Source: Abditibacteriaceae bacterium
GTDB taxonomy: Bacteria > Armatimonadota > Abditibacteriia > Abditibacteriales > Abditibacteriaceae
Direction of reading: 5' to 3'
DNA: 11,107 nucleotides
Assembly: GCA_031425655.1 (NCBI GenBank)
Contig: JANPJS010000076.1
Span: forward strand, 1-11,107
In this document: positions 5,292-11,107 of the stretch, in pieces
Layout: each line of letters opens with the position of its first letter
How positions within the stretch are numbered: the first letter of the stretch is position 1
Program-made: the position numbers and the translations under genes
The notes under the pieces: generated by a model
Seen by the model: only the letters and a program-made list of their open reading frames with translations
The model's database searches: none
Told to the model about the DNA's origin: nothing

Positions 5292-8200
5292 ATGAAATTG
5301 CGTTTGCTTGTCGTTTTGCTTTGTCTTTTCCTGCGTCCCGTCGCGGCGCAGGAACTTTCGCCCAACGCACTGCCCGAAGGCGGTTTTAATCAACTGGACG
5401 CGGCAGGTAAGCCGCTCGGCTGGAGTTGGAACGGCGTAAACGCGACTTTTCCGCGCGACGGCGCCAATGTGTGGGTGCGCTTTGGCGACGGCGCGACCGT
5501 CGGCAAAAATCTGCGCCTTGATCCGGCGTGGAAAAGCCTGATGGTTGCGGCGCGCTTGAACCTTTCCGATTTTCAAAAAGGGCCGGAAGAGTGGCACGGC
5601 GGGCGTGTGGCGCTGCGTTTTCTCGACGACCAAAACCAGATGGCCGGAACTTATCCCGCCATGCCGCAGTTGCAAAAAAACAGCGACTGGACAACGCAAA
5701 ACGTCTTTCTCGACGTGCCGACCGGCGCCACGCAATTGCAAATTCAGCCCGGTTTGTGGGGATCGAAGGGCGTTTTTGAACTCGATGATTTAATCGTGCG
5801 CGGCTCGGTTTTAGGCGCGCAAAATTTGGCGCGACAGTGGGAAAACTACGCGCCCGGAGAAGACGCGCCGCCGGTTGCTGCGCCGCTTTTGCCCATCCGC
5901 GAAATTTCGTCGCGCCGCGCGGCGCAATCGCTGAACGGCGCGTGGCGTTTCGTGCCCGCCAAAGGCAACGCGGCGCCCGAAAAAGGTTGGGGCTACATTC
6001 AAGTGCCCGGCTCGTGGATGCGCGAAAGCGATTTAATCGCGCGCGGCAAAGGCGCAAATTGGGCCGGTTTTGAGCCGAAGAAACTGGCCGGCGCGTGGTA
6101 TGAACGCACGATTGAAATTCCCGCCGCGTGGCAAAATCGCGCCGTTGTATTGAACTTCGCACGCGTGTCCACCGATGCCACGATTTACGTCAACGGGCGG
6201 CGCGCCGGAACCGTAAATTGGCCGAGCGGCGACGTGGAAATCACCGATTTCGTGACGCCCGGCCAAAGCGCGCAACTGCGCGTTTTCGTGGTGGCGACCA
6301 CCGACCAAAAAGAGACTCTGGTTTTGATGGGCGGCGCGCCCGGCCAAACTTTTACAACTAAAACCGAACTGCCGACGGGCGGAATCATCGGCGACGTGAC
6401 GCTGCAATCGCGTCCGCGCGGCGCGTGGATCAGCGATGTTTTCATTCAATCGTCTTTTCGCCAAAAGAAGCTGACGTTAGACGTAGAACTTTCCGGCGCG
6501 CGGCCCGAAAACGTGCAGTTCACAGCGTCGCTGGAAAACGAAAAAGGCATCGCCGAAAAGCAGTTTCAACAAACGTTGCGCGCCGACGGGCCGCGTTTGA
6601 AAATCAGTTTCGACTGGCCCGATGCGCGCTTGTGGGATTTGGGTCAGCCGCATTTATACACCTTGAAATTGCGGGCGCGCGGCGCCAACCTCGACGACGA
6701 ATGGGCGGGGCGTTTCGGCTTCCGCGAATTTTGGATTGACGGCACCAAGTTTTTCCTGAACGGCAAAGAAATTCGCCTGCGGCCCACCTTAGCCGCCGAC
6801 GGCTGGAACTCGAACCCCGAACGCTTGGCGCAATCCGTGGCGCGCGGCTTCAATATCGGCGAACTTTGGCCCGAAGATTACGAAATTCGCGGCAAGCGCG
6901 CCGACTATGTGAAGTGGCACGATTTGGCCGACGAACACGGTTTTTTGCTGACCGGCATCATGCCGCACATGGGCTGGATGGGCAACGACATCAACACGCC
7001 CGAAAAATTGGCGGCTTACGCGCACTTGTGCGAACGCTATCGCCGCGCTTTTGGCAATCATCCTTCGATTGTGATGTGGGGCACGTCGGGCAACATGAAA
7101 GGCGGCTCACTGAATCCGCGCACCGTCGGGCAGCGCGCCGCTTCGCAGTTGGAAAAAGGCGACCCTTCGATTGGCCGCCGCGCGCGGCAGGGCGTCGAAG
7201 CGATTCGCAGCGTGGACGCCACGCGCCCGATTTTCATTCACAACGGCGGGCCGGACGGCGACGTTTACACCATCAACAATTATCTGAATTTCATTCCGCT
7301 GCAAGAGCGCGAAGAGTGGCTTTCGACTTACGTCAAAAAGGGCGATATGCCGCTGCTTTACGTCGAATGGGGCACACCGTTTTACTCCAGCTTCATGCGT
7401 GGACGCCACGGCTACGGCAACACCACGCAAACCGAGCCGCTCGTCGCCGAATATTGCGCGATTTATCAGGGGCGCGAGGCTTACAAAAACGAAACGCCCG
7501 CTTATCGTCAGGAAATGCGGGAGCAGTTCGTCAAAGAACAGCAATATCGCGGCTGGCACGGCAACGAAAAGCTGTTTAATCAGCCGAATTTCATGGCGAT
7601 GCAGGAACTGTTCATGCGCCAGACGTGGCGCAGTTGGCGAACGTGGGGCACGACGGGCGGCATGATTCCGTGGGACGCCGGTTACGCTGAAATGGGCAGC
7701 GCCGAAACCCTCGCAGGCCGCGCGCTACGCGAAAACAACAGCGCAACTCTGGCGTGGATTAGCGGCCCGCAAAGTGATTTCACCGCCAAAACGCATCTTT
7801 TCGCGCCCGGCGAGCGCGTGCAAAAAGCCGCCGCGCTTTTGAACGACACACGCCAAACGCAGCCGTTTTCCTTGACGTGGCGCGCCGTTTTGAACGGAAA
7901 AATCATCGCGCAAGGCCGCGAAAGCGGCACGCTCGGCGTGGCGCAAACGCGCTTTGTGCCGCTGACTTTTGTCATCCCGAACATCGCGGCATCGCGTGCG
8001 GACGGAGAAATTTCGCTCGAAGCAAAAATCGGCGCGATGGAACACCGCGACCGCTTCGCGTTTCGCGCGCATAGGCCCCTACCCAACGCCAAGGGCCGCG
8101 TTTTGGTCTTCGACCCGGCGGGCAAGACGACGGCGCTTTTGAAATCGCTCGGCTATCAAACGCAAGCATGGAACGGCCAAAGCGCAGCGCAGCTTTTGGT

Positions 8201-9914
8201 CGTCGGGCGCAACGCCTTAGCGGGAAAACTGCCCGGCAACGTGGAAGCCTTTGTGCGGCGTGGCGGGCGCGTTTTGGTGATGGCGCACAACCCGCATTGG
8301 CTGCGCGAAAACAGCGGTTGGCGCGTGTCGCATTTGCAATCGCGGCGCGTTTTTCGCATGGGGGAAAATCATCCCGTTATGGCCGGTTTGGACGACGCCG
8401 ATTTGCGCGACTGGCGCGGCATGGGCACGCTTTTGCCGCCCTACCCCGACTATGAAAACGGCAGCGGCCCCGACGTGAAAAAAGCGCCGACGCGCTATCC
8501 CTTTGCCGGTTGGCGCTGGGGCAATCGCGGCACGGTGACGAGCGCGGCGATTGAAAAACCGCACCGCTCCGGCTGGCGCCCGCTTTTGGAATGCGAGTTC
8601 GATTTGGCCTATTCGCCGCTCATGGAATTAGATTTCGGGCAAGGCCGCGTGACGTGGTGCCAACTCGATTTGGAAGATCAATTGAGCGACCCGGCGGCGC
8701 GCCGCTTGGCGTTGCAACTGCTGAATCACGCGCAAACCGCGCCGCTTGCGCCGCGCGGCACGACGCTTTACGTCGGCAACGCGGCGGGCGAATCGCTTTT
8801 GCAATCGTTAGGCGTAGTCTTTCGCCGCGCGACGCAAATCGAACCCGGCGCCACGCTCTTGATCGTCGGCGACGGCGCGGCGCTTTCCGACGGGCAAATC
8901 GAAACCTTCGCGCGTGGCGGCGGGCGCGTTTTGTGTTTGGCGCGCAGCAGCGCAACGGGCGCTTTGGGCGTGGCGCTGCAAGAAAATCCCAGTTTCAACG
9001 GCGCCTTAGAAGTTCCCGCTTGGCCGGAAGCGCGCGGTTTGTCGGCCTCGGATTTACGCTGGCGCAATGCGGGCACCGCGTGGCTGATTGGGGATAAGGC
9101 GGGCCTGCAAACCGGCGCTGCGGGGCAGTTGGCGCGGCGGGTCGTCGGCAACGGCGTGATTGTGTGGGCGCAGATTGACCCGCAATGGCTGCGCGCCGAT
9201 GACAAAACTTATTTGCGCTTCACGCGCTGGCGCCAAACGCGCGCTTTGTCGCAGCTTGCCGCCAATTTGGGCGCGGCGTTTGAACTCGACGCGCGCGTTT
9301 TTCATCCCGCCCCGCCGCGCGATGACAGCAAAATTTCGCTCGCCGCGACGTGGCAGGGCGCCATCGTTCAGCGCCGCGCCGCCGCGCCTTCGCCCGACAA
9401 AGGACACGCCGATCCCGGCCTTAGCGAAGCCGCTAAAGCCTTATTAAACGGTCAAAACGCCGGCACGCAATGGACGAATTTCAAGGCTCCGGCGCAAAGC
9501 GAAACTCTGGGCGGCGCGTGGGAAAACGCCGATGGCGAATTCGTTTTTCGCCGCACGATAGAGATTCCCGCCGCGTGGCAGGGCAAAGAATTGGTGCTGT
9601 CGCTGGGCGCCATAGACGACAACGACGAAACCTATTTCAACGGCGAAAAATTGGGCGGCTACGGCGACAAAGACCCGAATGCGTGGAACATCAAGCGCGT
9701 TTACGCGGTTCCGTCGCGCCTGGTGAAAACCGGGCCGAACGTCATCACCATTCGCGTGTGGGACAGGTTTGGCGGCGGCGGTTTTACGGGCCGCGACGAC
9801 GAACTTTTCCTGCGCTGGAAAGATGTGCCGCCCATGCCGCTCGGCTTTTATCATCCCGATTACCGCGACGATTTTGATATGGGCGACGAGCCGTATCGCT
9901 ATTACAATTGGTAG
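5292..9914 (+). CDS. Secreted multidomain GH2-like glycoside hydrolase, 1540 aa (signal peptide, CBM4/9-like domain, GH2 sugar-binding + Ig + TIM barrel, two trimerisation/GATase-like alpha/beta domains, C-terminal jelly-roll)
   Basis: Signal peptide MKLRLLVVLLCLFLRPVAA. GH2 motifs SLNGAWRF, VPGSW, WYERTIEIP, YVNG, GGIIGDV.L, LWD..QPHLY.L, FGFREFWIDG.KFFLNGK and NHPSIVMW. C-terminal LSLGAIDDNDETYFNG...R.Y.VP...G.N.ITIRVWD..GGGGF jelly-roll. Confidence 0.88.
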   Translation: MKLRLLVVLLCLFLRPVAAQELSPNALPEGGFNQLDAAGKPLGWSWNGVNATFPRDGANVWVRFGDGATVGKNLRLDPAWKSLMVAARLNLSDFQKGPEEWHGGRVALRFLDDQNQMAGTYPAMPQLQKNSDWTTQNVFLDVPTGATQLQIQPGLWGSKGVFELDDLIVRGSVLGAQNLARQWENYAPGEDAPPVAAPLLPIREISSRRAAQSLNGAWRFVPAKGNAAPEKGWGYIQVPGSWMRESDLIARGKGANWAGFEPKKLAGAWYERTIEIPAAWQNRAVVLNFARVSTDATIYVNGRRAGTVNWPSGDVEITDFVTPGQSAQLRVFVVATTDQKETLVLMGGAPGQTFTTKTELPTGGIIGDVTLQSRPRGAWISDVFIQSSFRQKKLTLDVELSGARPENVQFTASLENEKGIAEKQFQQTLRADGPRLKISFDWPDARLWDLGQPHLYTLKLRARGANLDDEWAGRFGFREFWIDGTKFFLNGKEIRLRPTLAADGWNSNPERLAQSVARGFNIGELWPEDYEIRGKRADYVKWHDLADEHGFLLTGIMPHMGWMGNDINTPEKLAAYAHLCERYRRAFGNHPSIVMWGTSGNMKGGSLNPRTVGQRAASQLEKGDPSIGRRARQGVEAIRSVDATRPIFIHNGGPDGDVYTINNYLNFIPLQEREEWLSTYVKKGDMPLLYVEWGTPFYSSFMRGRHGYGNTTQTEPLVAEYCAIYQGREAYKNETPAYRQEMREQFVKEQQYRGWHGNEKLFNQPNFMAMQELFMRQTWRSWRTWGTTGGMIPWDAGYAEMGSAETLAGRALRENNSATLAWISGPQSDFTAKTHLFAPGERVQKAAALLNDTRQTQPFSLTWRAVLNGKIIAQGRESGTLGVAQTRFVPLTFVIPNIAASRADGEISLEAKIGAMEHRDRFAFRAHRPLPNAKGRVLVFDPAGKTTALLKSLGYQTQAWNGQSAAQLLVVGRNALAGKLPGNVEAFVRRGGRVLVMAHNPHWLRENSGWRVSHLQSRRVFRMGENHPVMAGLDDADLRDWRGMGTLLPPYPDYENGSGPDVKKAPTRYPFAGWRWGNRGTVTSAAIEKPHRSGWRPLLECEFDLAYSPLMELDFGQGRVTWCQLDLEDQLSDPAARRLALQLLNHAQTAPLAPRGTTLYVGNAAGESLLQSLGVVFRRATQIEPGATLLIVGDGAALSDGQIETFARGGGRVLCLARSSATGALGVALQENPSFNGALEVPAWPEARGLSASDLRWRNAGTAWLIGDKAGLQTGAAGQLARRVVGNGVIVWAQIDPQWLRADDKTYLRFTRWRQTRALSQLAANLGAAFELDARVFHPAPPRDDSKISLAATWQGAIVQRRAAAPSPDKGHADPGLSEAAKALLNGQNAGTQWTNFKAPAQSETLGGAWENADGEFVFRRTIEIPAAWQGKELVLSLGAIDDNDETYFNGEKLGGYGDKDPNAWNIKRVYAVPSRLVKTGPNVITIRVWDRFGGGGFTGRDDELFLRWKDVPPMPLGFYHPDYRDDFDMGDEPYRYYNW

Positions 9915-9924
9915 GAAGAATCCT

Positions 9925-11107
9925 ATGAATGCACTATCGCGCCTTGTTTTGTTGGCAGCCGTATCTTACGTTTCTTCGGAGCGCATATGTCAGGCCGCCG
10001 AGCCGCCGCTCAATATCATCTTCGACACCGACATGGGCGGCGACTGTGATGATGTCGGGGCCTTGTTTGTGCTTCATGGGGCAGTCGAGCGCGGCGAAGC
10101 CAAGCTGCTTGCGACCATGGGGTGCGTTTCCTCGGAGGCCATCGCGCCGGCCATTGATGGGATTAACACCTGGTTTGGGCGGCCCGAAATTCCGGTGGGC
10201 ACTTTGAAGGATCCCGGCCTGCTTCCCGGCCCGCACTACACGGCAGAATTGGCGGCAAGGTATCCACACAAGTTTCCAACCAGCAAAGATTACCCGGATG
10301 CCGTCACGCTCTATCGTCAAGTCCTTGCCAAACAGCCCGACGGCAGCGTGGTGGTGGTTGCGGTTGGGCCACTGCGTAATCTGGCCAATCTTCTCAAGTC
10401 GCGTCCCGATGCCGTCAGCCCCTTAGACGGCACGGCGTTGGTTGCCAAGAAAGTGCGGCGACTCGACGTCATGGGAGGCAATTATCCGCCATTCGCCAAC
10501 GCCAAAGACGGGGAATGGAACTTCAAACAAGACCCTGCGGCGGCGGCATTGGTCTGCTCCACCTGGCCGACGCCCATCCTTTTTAATGGCGAAGGCGGCT
10601 CGACGAACTCCGGTCGTCGTGTCACCTACGAGATGCCCGAACATAACCCACTGACGATGGCCTACGCCAAATATGCGGGGGTTGGTTTCGCCGGCGACCG
10701 CCTCAGTTGGGATCCCGTTTCCTGCCTGGTGACCGTTCGAGGCGCCGCGCCGTGGTATAAAGTCGTCAGCGGCGGCGTCAATGTGGCCGATCCCATCACA
10801 GGCATCAATACCTGGCAGGCCGGTGCAGATCGGGGCCACTCCTACTTAGTTCTGGATCAAAAAAGACCTAAAGCCGAAGTCGAGAAGGCGTTGGAAGACA
10901 TGATGGTGGCGGGCAAAGGAAGACCGGCGAACCTGACCTTCAATACCGCCTACTACGCCCAAAATGGAATGTGCTTGATTACCAGCAGCGGTGCCGAGGA
11001 TGCCAATGCCGCACCGAGCAAGGCGTTTGACCGCGACGATAAAACCGCCTGGCTGGATAAGGCGGCATCGAGTTGGATTCAGTGCCAATACGCCGATGCC
11101 CGCAAAT
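9925..11107 (+). CDS. Secreted inosine/uridine-preferring nucleoside hydrolase-family protein fused to an F5/8 type C (discoidin/CBM32-like) domain; runs off the right edge
   Basis: Not in the ORF track. ATG 9925 follows AGGAAG and the frame stays open to the window end (394 codons). It begins MNALSRLVLLAAVSYVSSERICQA-AEPPLNIIFDTDMGGDCDDVGAL and contains AVGPLRNLANLL, VMGG, EWNF and SWDP, then ITSS...PSKAFDRDDKTAWLD..SSWIQ, typical of an F5/8C start. Confidence 0.88.
   Translation, partial: MNALSRLVLLAAVSYVSSERICQAAEPPLNIIFDTDMGGDCDDVGALFVLHGAVERGEAKLLATMGCVSSEAIAPAIDGINTWFGRPEIPVGTLKDPGLLPGPHYTAELAARYPHKFPTSKDYPDAVTLYRQVLAKQPDGSVVVVAVGPLRNLANLLKSRPDAVSPLDGTALVAKKVRRLDVMGGNYPPFANAKDGEWNFKQDPAAAALVCSTWPTPILFNGEGGSTNSGRRVTYEMPEHNPLTMAYAKYAGVGFAGDRLSWDPVSCLVTVRGAAPWYKVVSGGVNVADPITGINTWQAGADRGHSYLVLDQKRPKAEVEKALEDMMVAGKGRPANLTFNTAYYAQNGMCLITSSGAEDANAAPSKAFDRDDKTAWLDKAASSWIQCQYADARK

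Noticed and set aside
4943..5365. ORFs of 140, 82 and 215 aa crossing the divergent intergenic region
   Set aside because: No recognisable motifs, and compositions typical of non-coding or antisense frames. Two of them overlap the GH2-like gene in antisense. A decayed gene in 4943-5190 cannot be excluded without BLASTX.
5386..9877. Many overlapping alternative-frame and antisense ORFs inside the GH2-like gene
   Set aside because: Arg/Ala-rich shadow ORFs expected in GC-rich coding DNA, with no domain signatures.
9929..11088. Track ORFs 9929-10207, 9934-10320, 10423-10839, 10442-10654 and 10846-11088
   Set aside because: They are shadows of the real nucleoside hydrolase frame that starts at 9925 and runs off the window.

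Overview
GC-rich bacterial window holding a glycan-utilisation cluster in two divergent arms. The codon style is reminiscent of Abditibacteriota/Armatimonadota, but this is inference only. Minus arm, in transcription order: a decayed gene remnant (4877-4540), a secreted clan GH-A glycoside hydrolase (4484-3105), a 154-bp MITE-like hairpin element (2944-3097), a secreted DUF4038/GH140 apiosidase-like hydrolase (2824-1424) translationally coupled to a mandelate racemase-subgroup enolase-superfamily enzyme (1427-336), and the 5' end of a GT-C-like membrane protein (216-<1). Plus arm: a 1540-aa secreted multidomain GH2-like protein that lacks the usual acid/base Glu (5292-9914), then a secreted nucleoside-hydrolase-fold protein fused to an F5/8-type C (CBM32-like) domain (9925->11107). 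Both edge genes are absent from the ORF track. The most notable points are the atypical GH2 active site, the exported nucleoside hydrolase-CBM fusion beside an apiosidase-like gene, an 87-nt relic copy of part of the GH140 gene that ends at a TATAAT box, and the MITE-like element. All family assignments are by motif recognition, not database search.
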